A DNA stretch of 64,000 nucleotides. Origin: Anaerosomatales bacterium (GTDB lineage Bacteria > Actinomycetota > Coriobacteriia > Anaerosomatales > SLCP01). The DNA lies in contig JARGFT010000002.1 in NCBI GenBank assembly GCA_029210645.1, forward strand, positions 40,016 to 104,015, in the 5' to 3' direction. Both the position numbers and the translations under genes were made by a program. This document shows, one piece after another, positions 42,818 to 51,423 of this stretch (positions within the stretch are counted from its first letter, which is position 1; every line of letters begins with the position of its first letter). Under the pieces are notes generated by a model. It saw nothing but the letters and a program-made list of their open reading frames with translations. It made no database searches and was not told where the DNA came from.

Positions 42818-43849
42818 TTAGCGCAGTTCGATGCGCCCCGCCACACCGTCCAGCACGCCGCCCACGATGCTCGCCGCCTCGCCACGGGCGTCCAGCGCCG
42901 CCAGCAACGCGTCCGCACGCTCAGCCGGCACGGCCATGAGCAGCCCGCCGCTGGTCTGCGGGTCGCACAGCACGTCCTTCCACGCACGCTCGACTCCGGA
43001 CCACTCGACGTGCTTGTCCACAGCGTTGATCACGTCGAGCGTCCGTCCGGGCTTCACGCCGTCTCGCGCATACTCCAGAGCACCCTCCCACACAGGGACC
43101 GACATCACATCGAGATAGGCCGAGCACCCACTGCCCGACACCATCTCCTGCAAGTGGCCGAGGATACCGAAGCCGGTGACATCGGTGGCGGCACTCACGC
43201 CGACCTCGACCATCGCCTCGCATGCCGCCTTGTTCAGGTGCGCCATCGACTCGATGACATGGGCGATAGACTCCTCGGTCTCCAACCCCGCTTTGAGAGC
43301 GGTGTTCATGATCCCCACGCCGATACGCTTGGTGAGCACGAGGACATCGCCGGGCCGGGAACCTATGTTGCGCACCACCTTGTCCGGCTCGGCCTCCCCC
43401 ATCACGGACAGCCCGTACTTGGGCTCCTTGTCGTCGATCGTGTGCCCGCCGACGACCAGCACGCCCGCCTCGGCACACTTGGCAGCTCCGCCTTGGAGCA
43501 CGCGGGCGACGATGCCAGGGTCCATCGAACACGGGAAGGCGAGCATGTTGAGCGCGACGAGCGGACGGCCGCCCATCGCGTAAACGTCCGAGAGCGCGTT
43601 GGCCGCGGTGATCCGCCCGAAGTCGTACGGGTCGTCGACCATCGGCGTGAAGAAGTCCACAGTGAGCAGGACCGCACGGTCCCCGAGCAGATAGACCGCA
43701 GCGTCATCGCTCGTCTCGAAACCGACCATGAGCTCGTCGGACTCCTGGGGGGCGAGTGTGGAGAGCACCGCCGCGAGGTCCTCCGGACCCCACTTCGCCG
43801 CTCAACCGGCCTTGCTGGACAGCTGCGTCAGGCGCACCTGTTCGGTCAC
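42818..43849 (-). CDS. selD: selenide, water dikinase SelD; itself a selenoprotein (UGA at 43802-43804)
   Basis: GTG 43849 is preceded by GGGGAG. VTEQVRLTQLSSKAG-U-AAKWGPEDLAAVLSTLAPQ... The UGA falls in the G-(C/U)-x-x-K active-site loop (E. coli GAGCGCK). Downstream sequence is canonical SelD (DDAAVY, VDFFTP, DPYDFGRITAANALSDVYAMGG). The track shows only the 316-aa part downstream of the UGA. Confidence 0.88.
43775..43791 (-). promoter_or_regulatory. candidate SECIS hairpin for the selD UGA
   Basis: Ten nt after the UGA: GGGGUC(C)-GGA/CGGAG-(G)GACCUC, a 6-7 bp stem. It is weaker and shorter than the FDH SECIS. Confidence 0.4.
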
Positions 43850-43891
43850 GTAGACTCCCCTCAGCCGCTGGTAGATGTCATGGCGTGCTGC

Positions 43892-45829
43892 TTATGCATA
43901 GCATAAGCGTAACACCATGACGCCGTGCGGTTCGAGGGGCGCGCCGAACGAGCTGCCACCGACGACTGCAGGGCTTCCGCCCCTGATGTCGGTGACGGTG
44001 GCGACCGGCACCACGAAGCCGACGTTGGCGGTCAGCGACCGGTCGGCGTGATTCAGCAGGAAGAGCACGTCGTCATCTTCACCGGCGAAGAGCGCCACCT
44101 CGACCTCGGGCGCATCGCACGACACCAGCGGTCCGCACCCCGTGACACCGGCCACGGCACCGTACAGGGTCCGGAGGAACGACTGGACCTCGGCCGGAGG
44201 CGTCCGAAGCCCGGACTGACCAAGGACTCGCTCCAACGGTGCCGCCACGCACACCGCGCGTCCCTGTCCGTACCGGTTGAGGGTCAGCAGCGGGCTGCCT
44301 GCCGAGTCGGTAGCGACGACGGTCGATGTCCCCGCTCCGAGCAGCGCGAAGTGAGGTATGTCCGCGGGAACATCGAACGGCTCGAGCTGGCCGAGGAGGC
44401 CCTGCTGCGCGACGCGACACGTGGCCCGCGCTCGCGCACCACCGTGACCGAGGAAGTCCACCCCGAACAGCTCCCGCGCCTCGCTGCCGAACTCCCCGCC
44501 GCCGTAGGAGAAGACGAGCGAGCCACCGCCCTTCACCCAGGAAGCGAGGCGCTCCCACGTCCCCCCGGCCAGGTCGGTCACCGACGGCACGATCAGCACC
44601 GCGAAGGGATCGAACGGCTCCTCCTCGTGCGCGAGCGTGACCGGTACGTGAGCCTCCTTGACCCGCACGTAGGCCTCGAGACACGAGCGCGGGCTGTAGA
44701 GCGATGCGAGCGCGGGCAGGGGCGAGCGTCGCTCCGAGGGGATCAGCACCGCGACGCGCTCGTGCGGGAGCGAGTAGGTGCGCAGATCGAGGTGTCCGAG
44801 CACTCCTGCGAACTCCCTGAGCACGCGCATGGCCGGCTTCGGGTGGCCCTCGGTGTCGCTCAACCCGACGATCGCCTCGTAGGGGTCGATGAAGTAGGGC
44901 TTGCGCCGCTCGGTCGCCATGTCCCGCCAGCGGCGGGCCAGTGCGCCAGAAGCGCCGTTCATCAGGCCGGAGTAGAGCGCGCACCGAAGCGCCGCCGCCT
45001 CTTCTCCGTGCGAGGCCTCCAGGGTGCCCGCACCGATGTCATCGAGCAGGACCGGCCGCCGGGTCCCGACGGCACGCAGGAGGAAGGAGTCGAGGTGCGT
45101 CGAGCCGGGGGACGTCACGGGCCCCTCGGCAGCGTACGTGCGGTAACGCATCGTTGGGTGGCTGACGACTATCTCGCACTCACCGAGCGCGCGTCGTCCG
45201 TCGACACGCGACTCATGGAAGAGCGTTTCCGGGTCGAATGCACACATCACCGGGCGGTCGGGGTCGACCTCGCGCACGGCCTCTCTGAGGGCCGCCGCCC
45301 ACGCTTCGAGTTCATCGCCCGAGGCGAAGCCACACCAGAACGCCTCGTTGCCGAGTTCCCAGGCGAACACGGCGCGATCGGAGCGGTGATCCGAGACGAT
45401 GCGGCGCACGAGCGCGCACTCCCGCTCGATGAGATAGGCGTCGGTACGCGGGTCGCGATCGCGGCCCCACGAGACGTCGAGGAGCTCGGCGTGCCGGTCG
45501 TCGGCGAAGAAGCACACGATCAGGCGCAGCCCGTGCGCGGCCGCCGCATCGACGATATCTCGGAGCCTCTCCGTCGCCTGCTCGGAGTAACGGTCGACCT
45601 GCGGCTCGAAGAGCTTCCACGAGATGAAGATCCGCACGAGCGTCATTCCCGCAGCCTCGAACTCGGCGAAGTCACCCTCGACATCACCCGCGTACCACTG
45701 CTCCCATCCGGATGTCTCCGACTCGAGCGGGTAGTAGTTCACGCCGAGCGGGAACCGCGCGTTGCGGCGCGGTGTGCGCCGAGCGTCTGATCCGGCCGTC
45801 GCGTGCCCGGTGTCGGTCTCGGTGCTCAC
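43892..45829 (-). CDS. glycoside hydrolase, TIM-barrel clan GH-A (GH42/GH5-like) with a C-terminal alpha/beta domain
   Basis: GTG 45829 overlaps the TPR gene stop (GTGA). FPLGVNYYPLE...DFAEFEAAGMTLVRIFISWKLFEP, and WELGNEAF (acid/base Glu in NE). The 777-aa track ORF extension was rejected. Confidence 0.68.
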   Translation of the reverse strand: MSTETDTGHATAGSDARRTPRRNARFPLGVNYYPLESETSGWEQWYAGDVEGDFAEFEAAGMTLVRIFISWKLFEPQVDRYSEQATERLRDIVDAAAAHGLRLIVCFFADDRHAELLDVSWGRDRDPRTDAYLIERECALVRRIVSDHRSDRAVFAWELGNEAFWCGFASGDELEAWAAALREAVREVDPDRPVMCAFDPETLFHESRVDGRRALGECEIVVSHPTMRYRTYAAEGPVTSPGSTHLDSFLLRAVGTRRPVLLDDIGAGTLEASHGEEAAALRCALYSGLMNGASGALARRWRDMATERRKPYFIDPYEAIVGLSDTEGHPKPAMRVLREFAGVLGHLDLRTYSLPHERVAVLIPSERRSPLPALASLYSPRSCLEAYVRVKEAHVPVTLAHEEEPFDPFAVLIVPSVTDLAGGTWERLASWVKGGGSLVFSYGGGEFGSEARELFGVDFLGHGGARARATCRVAQQGLLGQLEPFDVPADIPHFALLGAGTSTVVATDSAGSPLLTLNRYGQGRAVCVAAPLERVLGQSGLRTPPAEVQSFLRTLYGAVAGVTGCGPLVSCDAPEVEVALFAGEDDDVLFLLNHADRSLTANVGFVVPVATVTDIRGGSPAVVGGSSFGAPLEPHGVMVLRLCYA

Positions 45830-46992
45830 TGCTCTCCCCCCTCGGCGGCCGCATCGTAAGGGCCCCAGAAATATCCCCGCCGTCGGGTGTCGTGATAGGC
45901 GGCACGCCTGATCGCCCACGCTGCTGCAGTGTGGTCTCCCGCGGTGAGAGCGACGGCAGCCTGCCCGAACAGGGCCCGCACGCAGCCGGGGTCGAGCGCG
46001 AGAGCCGAGCGGTATGCCGCGCCCGCGGCGGAGTAGCGCTGCAGGCCGAGGAGCGACTCGGCATGCAGCACGTGCGGCATCGCCTGGCCGGGTGCCATCG
46101 TGGTCAGTGCGGAGAAAAGCTTGGAGGCGTGAGCGGCCAGGGCGGGGCGACGTGCGAAGGCAGCGCCGAGCGCGTAGACCGCCGTCGGGGTCTTCGTCGA
46201 TATGGTGAGCGCGCGCAGCGAGCACGCCATGGCCTCGTTGACCGACTCCTGCTTCAGATAGAGGTATGCCATGAGCGAGAGTGCGGCCACGTCGTCCGAG
46301 TGGCCGTCGAGGATGGAGCGGATCAGTTCTGAGGACTTGAAGAGCTCATCGTTCGCCGCGAACGCGTGTGCGGCCCGCAGCTGGCTCTTGATGCCGGGCC
46401 CGATGTCAGACATCGCGGCGGCCGGGAGCCCCTCCGCGTCGTAACCCGCCAGCGCGAAGAAGAAGTCGTCCTGACTCGGATCGAGCTCGCCCGCCTTGCG
46501 AAAGCCCGGCAGCGCTGTGGCCATGCCCTCGCGCTTGAGCGCCGACACCGCGAGGTGGTACATCGCTCGCGGTTCCCGTGGATCGATCTGGAGCGCGCGC
46601 TCCCACGCGTCGATCGCCTCGTCGGCGAAGGACGCCGCCGCGAGCGCCTCCCCGAGCTGGACATGCGCGGTCGCGAGGTCCGGCACTACCTCGGCCAGTT
46701 GCTGCCATACGAGGATCGACCGGTCCCACAACCCTCCCATGCGGTCGTAGGCCAGGCCGAGGACGAAGTACGCAGCAGCGCACCGCTGATCGAGTTCGAT
46801 GGCACGTGCAGCCGATCGCGCAGCCTGCTCGCAGAACCCCTCCGCGAGCATGAGCCCGCCGAGCAGACAGTGTGCGAGCGGGTCGCGTTCGTTGACGCGC
46901 AACGCCTGATAGCAGGCGGCCACCGCAGGGGCGATGCGCCCCTGACGCGCAAGACTTTCGGCAAGACGTACCTGCTCGGAGCGCTCTATCAT
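45826..46992 (-). CDS. TPR-repeat protein (cytoplasmic)
   Basis: 388 aa of tandem TPR-like helices (AVAACYQALRVNERDPLAHCLLG, AYFVLGLAYDRMG, ...). The ATG overlaps the upstream stop (ATGA). Confidence 0.8.
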   Translation of the reverse strand: MIERSEQVRLAESLARQGRIAPAVAACYQALRVNERDPLAHCLLGGLMLAEGFCEQAARSAARAIELDQRCAAAYFVLGLAYDRMGGLWDRSILVWQQLAEVVPDLATAHVQLGEALAAASFADEAIDAWERALQIDPREPRAMYHLAVSALKREGMATALPGFRKAGELDPSQDDFFFALAGYDAEGLPAAAMSDIGPGIKSQLRAAHAFAANDELFKSSELIRSILDGHSDDVAALSLMAYLYLKQESVNEAMACSLRALTISTKTPTAVYALGAAFARRPALAAHASKLFSALTTMAPGQAMPHVLHAESLLGLQRYSAAGAAYRSALALDPGCVRALFGQAAVALTAGDHTAAAWAIRRAAYHDTRRRGYFWGPYDAAAEGGEQ

Positions 46993-47660
46993 GAGGCGCT
47001 CCCCCCGCCACGGCGTTGTCGGGCGAGGTGGGACACCATACGGATCGCGCTCTCGGCTCCGCCGACGATGCCGTCCGCTCCCACGGCCCGGGCGAGCCGC
47101 TCATCGGCCGCAAACGGGGCACCCGAGACGAGGAGCACCAGGTCGGTTCGACCGTCCGAAACGAACATCTCGCGGACCCTGACGACCGCGCGTGCGGTGG
47201 CGACCATCTGCGCACAGACGATCGCTATCCGCGCGCCCGTCTCCTCGACACGCTGTAGGAAGGTGGCCGGCCGGACATCGGCGCCCAGGTCGACGACCCG
47301 GTGACCGGCCTCCCTCAGTGCAGCGGCGATGATGTTCTTGTCGATGTCATGGGAGTCGCCGTGCATGGAACCGACGAGCACGGTGATTCCCGTATCGCCG
47401 GCCATGCGCGGTGGGGTGACGAAGGAGAGGACCTGGTCGGAGACCGCCGAGGCCTGGGTGAAGACGTACTCGTTGATGGAACCGTCGGCCCACGAACCCC
47501 CGAGGATCGCGAGCGCGGGAGCGAACAGCGAGTCCAGGAGCGCGTCTGGTTCGGCGCCCTCGGCTCGGACCTGCTCGACCACCGAGATGGCTGCAGCAGG
47601 GTCGTTCTTCACGAGCGCGCGGTACAGCCGCAACGGTGCATCATCGGCCACTCGCCGCAC
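46989..47660 (-). CDS. stand-alone cobalamin-binding protein (B12-binding_2 helical cap plus B12-binding Rossmann domain)
   Basis: GGSWADGSINEYVFTQAS (cap). GSMHGDSHDIDKNIIAAALREAGHRVVDLG carries the DxHxxG-type loop with the final G replaced by D. There is no DNA-binding or catalytic domain. GTG start. Confidence 0.72.
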   Translation of the reverse strand: MRRVADDAPLRLYRALVKNDPAAAISVVEQVRAEGAEPDALLDSLFAPALAILGGSWADGSINEYVFTQASAVSDQVLSFVTPPRMAGDTGITVLVGSMHGDSHDIDKNIIAAALREAGHRVVDLGADVRPATFLQRVEETGARIAIVCAQMVATARAVVRVREMFVSDGRTDLVLLVSGAPFAADERLARAVGADGIVGGAESAIRMVSHLARQRRGGGSAS

Positions 47661-47732
47661 CCCCTCCCTCGGTCATCGCGCAAAGCCGGGCGCAAAACGT
47701 CACGACACGCTCAGCAGCCCAGCGGTAGTGCG

Positions 47733-47819
47733 TGGTAGCGGTGGTGGGATTCGAACCCACACGGCCTTGCGGCCAGAGGCTTTTAAGGCCCCCTCCTGTA
47801 CCAATTCGGATACACCGCC
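47733..47819 (-). tRNA. tRNA-Leu (anticodon UAA)
   Basis: 87 nt: GGCGGUG...anticodon arm GGGGC-CUUAAAA-GCCUC, long variable arm GGCC-GCAA-GGCC, T arm GUGGG-UUCGAAU-CCCAC, encoded CCA. Confidence 0.9.
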
Positions 47820-47855
47820 ATACTACTCAAGCCCGAGCTGCACCGCACTGCGCGA

Positions 47856-48800
47856 TCACAGGGCGGCGTAGACATCGAGCACGATCCCGTACAGTATGTC
47901 GTGCTCGCTCACGAGCGTCGAATCGAGACCGGCCAGGTCGAGCACGGTCAACAGTATGAGTGTCCCGGCGACGATAACCGGCGCACGCCCGGGATCCAAC
48001 CCCACGACCTCTGCTGCACGGCGCTCGAGCGGGACCGATGCGAGATGGTCGAGTAGACCGCGGATGACATTGACCGCAAGCGTCGAGCCGTGAACCCGGC
48101 CGGAATCGTAGACCTCGAGCTCCTGATGGATGGCCGAGAGCGTGGTCGCCGTACCCGCGAGCGCGATGGAGAGCCGGGCTGGTTCGGGCAGCGCCTCGAA
48201 GTAGGGTGCGAGCTCACCGCGGATCCACGCCTCCGCCGCATCGATCTCGCGTGCTACGGGCGGGTCGGTGTCGAGGAACATGTCGGTGACACGGCGTGAC
48301 CCGACGTCGAGCGAGCGGGCCAGGTGGACCCGGGGCGCCGAGCCCTCGTCCGCTGAGTGGCGACCGAGCACGAGCTCGGTCGAGCCCCCTCCGATGTCGT
48401 TGACGAGCAGCCCCTCGCCTGTAAGCGCGTGGGTCGCCCCGACGAATGCGAGACGGGCCTCGGTGTCACCCGCGACGATGTCGGGCTCGACGCCGTGACG
48501 CGCCAGCAGCCGGACGAACTCGTCACCGTTCGTCGCGTCGCGCGAAGCCGACGTGGCAACCGCGCGGAACGACTCCACCCCGAGCTCGCGCATGCGGGCA
48601 GCGTAGCCTGCTATCACCGCATCGACGCGGCCCATCGCGTCATCGGCGAGCCGGCCGCTGAGGGCAAGCCCCTCCCCCAGATGCGTGATGTCGGTGCTGC
48701 GAAGGACCTCGGCGATGCTCCGGGGGCCGACATCGGCGACGAGCAGTCGCGTGGTGACGGTCCCGATATCGATCGCCGCCACTCTGCGCACGCTTCTCAC
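47856..48800 (-). CDS. ppx: exopolyphosphatase / GppA-family phosphatase
   Basis: GTG 48800 is preceded by GAGGAGG and overlaps the DUF501 gene stop (GTGA). AAIDIGTVTTRLLVADV, ATSASRDA, DIGGGSTE. Confidence 0.85.
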   Translation of the reverse strand: MRSVRRVAAIDIGTVTTRLLVADVGPRSIAEVLRSTDITHLGEGLALSGRLADDAMGRVDAVIAGYAARMRELGVESFRAVATSASRDATNGDEFVRLLARHGVEPDIVAGDTEARLAFVGATHALTGEGLLVNDIGGGSTELVLGRHSADEGSAPRVHLARSLDVGSRRVTDMFLDTDPPVAREIDAAEAWIRGELAPYFEALPEPARLSIALAGTATTLSAIHQELEVYDSGRVHGSTLAVNVIRGLLDHLASVPLERRAAEVVGLDPGRAPVIVAGTLILLTVLDLAGLDSTLVSEHDILYGIVLDVYAAL

Positions 48801-49330
48801 GGTGCCTCCTCTCGCAGACACGTCAGTGCCCCGCATCGCCCGTCGGGACACTCCCGGCCGAGCGTGTCCACGATCTCGGCGCCGACAGGATCGTCGATGC
48901 CCGCGAGCGCGGTGGCGACGTGCGCGTGCAGACACTTGGTGGCAAGCGGGTCGCGCTGACCCGCGATCCCGACATCGAAGCAAGGGTCGGTCCCGCCCGG
49001 CGACACCGCTGTGCGGCGCTGCCGGTATTGCGCGTCCGCCGCGAGCATCCGGCCGGAGAGCTCCGGATCAGCCGCAAGCCGCGCAGCCCACCGCGCGATC
49101 TCGCCCGCGGATTCGGCGCTCGCGGTGCGCTCTGCCAGCCACGGGCACGTGAGCCAGTGAAGCGTCGGGAAGGGCGTCTCGGCGGCGACGAGCGGCGCGG
49201 TCGTGATCACCTGCGGATACCCGAAGGAACAGCGTACCTCGACCCACCAGTGACCGCGCGGCTCGCGTCGGAGTTGTGCGGTGACGACCGCGCGCTCGGT
49301 GGGGCTCGGTTCCATTCGCCCGGCGCTCAC
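48797..49330 (-). CDS. DUF501-domain protein
   Basis: FPTLHWLTCPWL... and KCLHAHVA, in the conserved actinobacterial position between ftsB and ppx. Confidence 0.72.
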   Translation of the reverse strand: MSAGRMEPSPTERAVVTAQLRREPRGHWWVEVRCSFGYPQVITTAPLVAAETPFPTLHWLTCPWLAERTASAESAGEIARWAARLAADPELSGRMLAADAQYRQRRTAVSPGGTDPCFDVGIAGQRDPLATKCLHAHVATALAGIDDPVGAEIVDTLGRECPDGRCGALTCLREEAP

Positions 49331-49339
49331 GTCGCGCCG

Positions 49340-49885
49340 CTACCTGACGCCGAAGACGAGATCCAGCAGGTCGTTCCAGAGGGAGCCGGGTATCTCGGGG
49401 GTATCAGCGACGCCCGCGGCGGTGCTGGTGGCGTCGATGTCGGGGTCGACGATGACGTAGAGGTTCTCACCCTCTTTGACCATGCCGAGGCTCTCGCGCG
49501 CAAGCTCCTCGACCCCCTCGGGCGTCTTGAGCCGTTCGACCTGGGCGTTCAGGGTCTCGTTGCGCTCCTGCAAGCTCGCAAGCTCGGCCTCGAGGCGCGC
49601 CTGCTCGCGGGACTCCTGGTAGTGGACCTTGAGCGGTGAGTAGAAGGCCCATCCGGCGAGGAGAACGACGCCCAGTGCGAGCAGTGGGATCATCCACCGG
49701 GGGCGACGAGAGCGCGAAGGACCGCGCGGGGTGGTCCGTGTGGATCGCGACGAGGAGCGGGCGGGGGCCTTCCGTCCGGTCGCGGACCGCGCGCGCGAAG
49801 AGGAGCCACGGCCAGAGGCCGCCTGCGTGGCGGTCCGCCGTGAACTCGCTGAAGCCCCGTGCCGCGTCGATTTCCTCGAAGCCAT
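49340..49885 (-). CDS. ftsB: septum formation initiator FtsB/DivIC-like
   Basis: Basic N-terminal tail, one TM helix (IPLLALGVVLLAGWAFY), then a coiled coil (EAELASLQERNETLNAQVERLK). The start is uncertain (ATG 49885; track TTG 49891). Confidence 0.72.
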   Translation of the reverse strand: MASRKSTRHGASASSRRTATQAASGRGSSSRARSATGRKAPARSSSRSTRTTPRGPSRSRRPRWMIPLLALGVVLLAGWAFYSPLKVHYQESREQARLEAELASLQERNETLNAQVERLKTPEGVEELARESLGMVKEGENLYVIVDPDIDATSTAAGVADTPEIPGSLWNDLLDLVFGVR

Positions 49886-50019
49886 CGCCAATGAGGGTCC
49901 TGTGAGAAGGCCAGCGATTCAGTGTGCAGCCGTACCGGTGCACCTGGGCGGATGATAGCACAGGCACCGCCAGCGCATCACCTCGAGCCAAGGTCGAGGT
50001 CGAGGCTGTGGGCGGCTCG

Positions 50020-51423
50020 TTAGCTCACCGAACGCACGAGGATGAAGTCGGTCGCGCCGGGCACACGTGAGGATATGCCGGCGGTGATGGCAACGCGGTC
50101 GCCCGACGATGCGAGGCCCGCATCCCGGACCGCCACGAGAACGCTGTCGAGCATCAGGTCGGTGTCGTCGGCGAGCGGCACCACGAGCGGCCGGACGCCC
50201 CAGACCACGGCCAGTCTGCGGGCCACCGCCGGGTCGGGGGTCGCCGCGACCACTGGTGCCGACGGTCGGTGCCTGGCGACCGCGCGCGCCGTCGCCCCGG
50301 ACTGCGTGGCCGTCACGATCGCATCGAGCTCCAGATCGCTCGCGAGCCTGCACACCGCCGAACTCACCGCGGCGGTCACGTCGCCGCCATCCCCGGGCGG
50401 CACGGCAACCGCTGGCGCTGTCTGCCCGGAGTCCTCGGCCCTCTTCGCGATACGCGCCATCGTCTCGACGGATTCGACAGGATAGGAGCCGACCGCTGTT
50501 TCCGCGGAGAGCATGACCGCATCGACTCGGTCGAAGATGGCGTTGGCGACGTCGCTTGCCTCGGCACGCGTTGGCCGGGGTGCCGACGTCATCGACTCAA
50601 GCATCTGGGTGGCAACGATGACGGGTACGCCGGCGATGCGACACAGTTCGATGATCCTCCGCTGCAGGACCGGGACCTCCTCGGGGGAGGTCTCGACTCC
50701 GAGGTCGCCGCGCGCGACCATCACGACGTCCGACACTGCAACGATCGCGTCGATGTCACGCGCCGCTGCCGACGTTTCGACCTTGGTCACGACGGGCGGG
50801 GCGCCCTCGCCGATGAGTGCACGCAGGTGCTCCACGTCGGCAGCCCTCCGGACGAAGGACTGCGCGATCAGGTCGACCCCCGCATCGAGCGCCCAGGCAA
50901 GGACCTCCCGGTCGTACCCGGTGATGGAGCTGACACCGAGCTCGACGCCCGGAGCGTTGACGCCCTTGCGGCTCAGGAGAGCACCGCCGGTCACGACGCG
51001 AGTGCGCACGACCCCGTGCCCGGTCCCGGTCACCACCAGCTCGAGCGCGCCGTCGTCGAGAAGCAGGCGGTCGCCAGGAGCGATGTCGTCCGCCAGACCG
51101 GCGTAGTTCAGGCACGCGCGAGTGGAGTCGCCGGAGCACTCTCCTGGTACGAGCGAGAACTCGGCGTCCGGCTGAAGGAATGTGCCCGGAGCGACTTCGC
51201 CAAGCCTGAGCTTGGGACCGGCCAGGTCGAGCATCACCGCCACGGGGCGACCGGCGCGCTGCGCCGCCGATCTTACCGCGTCGAGCCGCTTGGTAAGTTC
51301 ATCCGGGCCCGAGTGAGAGGAGTTGAGCCGAGCGACATCCATGCCTGCGGCGATGAGGGCATCCAGCACCGGAGGTAACTCGCTTGCCGGGCCGATGGTT
51401 GCGACAATCTTGGTGCGGCGCAT
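50020..51423 (-). CDS. pyk: pyruvate kinase
   Basis: MRRTKIVATIGPAS, MVARGDLGVE, ATQMLESM. Confidence 0.95.
   Translation of the reverse strand: MRRTKIVATIGPASELPPVLDALIAAGMDVARLNSSHSGPDELTKRLDAVRSAAQRAGRPVAVMLDLAGPKLRLGEVAPGTFLQPDAEFSLVPGECSGDSTRACLNYAGLADDIAPGDRLLLDDGALELVVTGTGHGVVRTRVVTGGALLSRKGVNAPGVELGVSSITGYDREVLAWALDAGVDLIAQSFVRRAADVEHLRALIGEGAPPVVTKVETSAAARDIDAIVAVSDVVMVARGDLGVETSPEEVPVLQRRIIELCRIAGVPVIVATQMLESMTSAPRPTRAEASDVANAIFDRVDAVMLSAETAVGSYPVESVETMARIAKRAEDSGQTAPAVAVPPGDGGDVTAAVSSAVCRLASDLELDAIVTATQSGATARAVARHRPSAPVVAATPDPAVARRLAVVWGVRPLVVPLADDTDLMLDSVLVAVRDAGLASSGDRVAITAGISSRVPGATDFILVRSVS

Noticed and set aside
47733-47819. This tRNA considered as the selC gene, because of its long variable arm and its proximity to the sel genes.
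   Set aside because: The anticodon loop reads CUUAAAA (UAA = Leu). It has a 7-bp acceptor stem and a 3-bp D stem typical of tRNA-Leu. The real tRNA-Sec, with a UCA anticodon, is at 38725-38821.
47661-47856. tRNA-Leu considered as an integration hotspot flanking a mobile element or genomic island.
   Set aside because: I saw no integrase, recombinase, transposase or direct repeat of the tRNA 3' end on either side. The neighbouring genes are ordinary.
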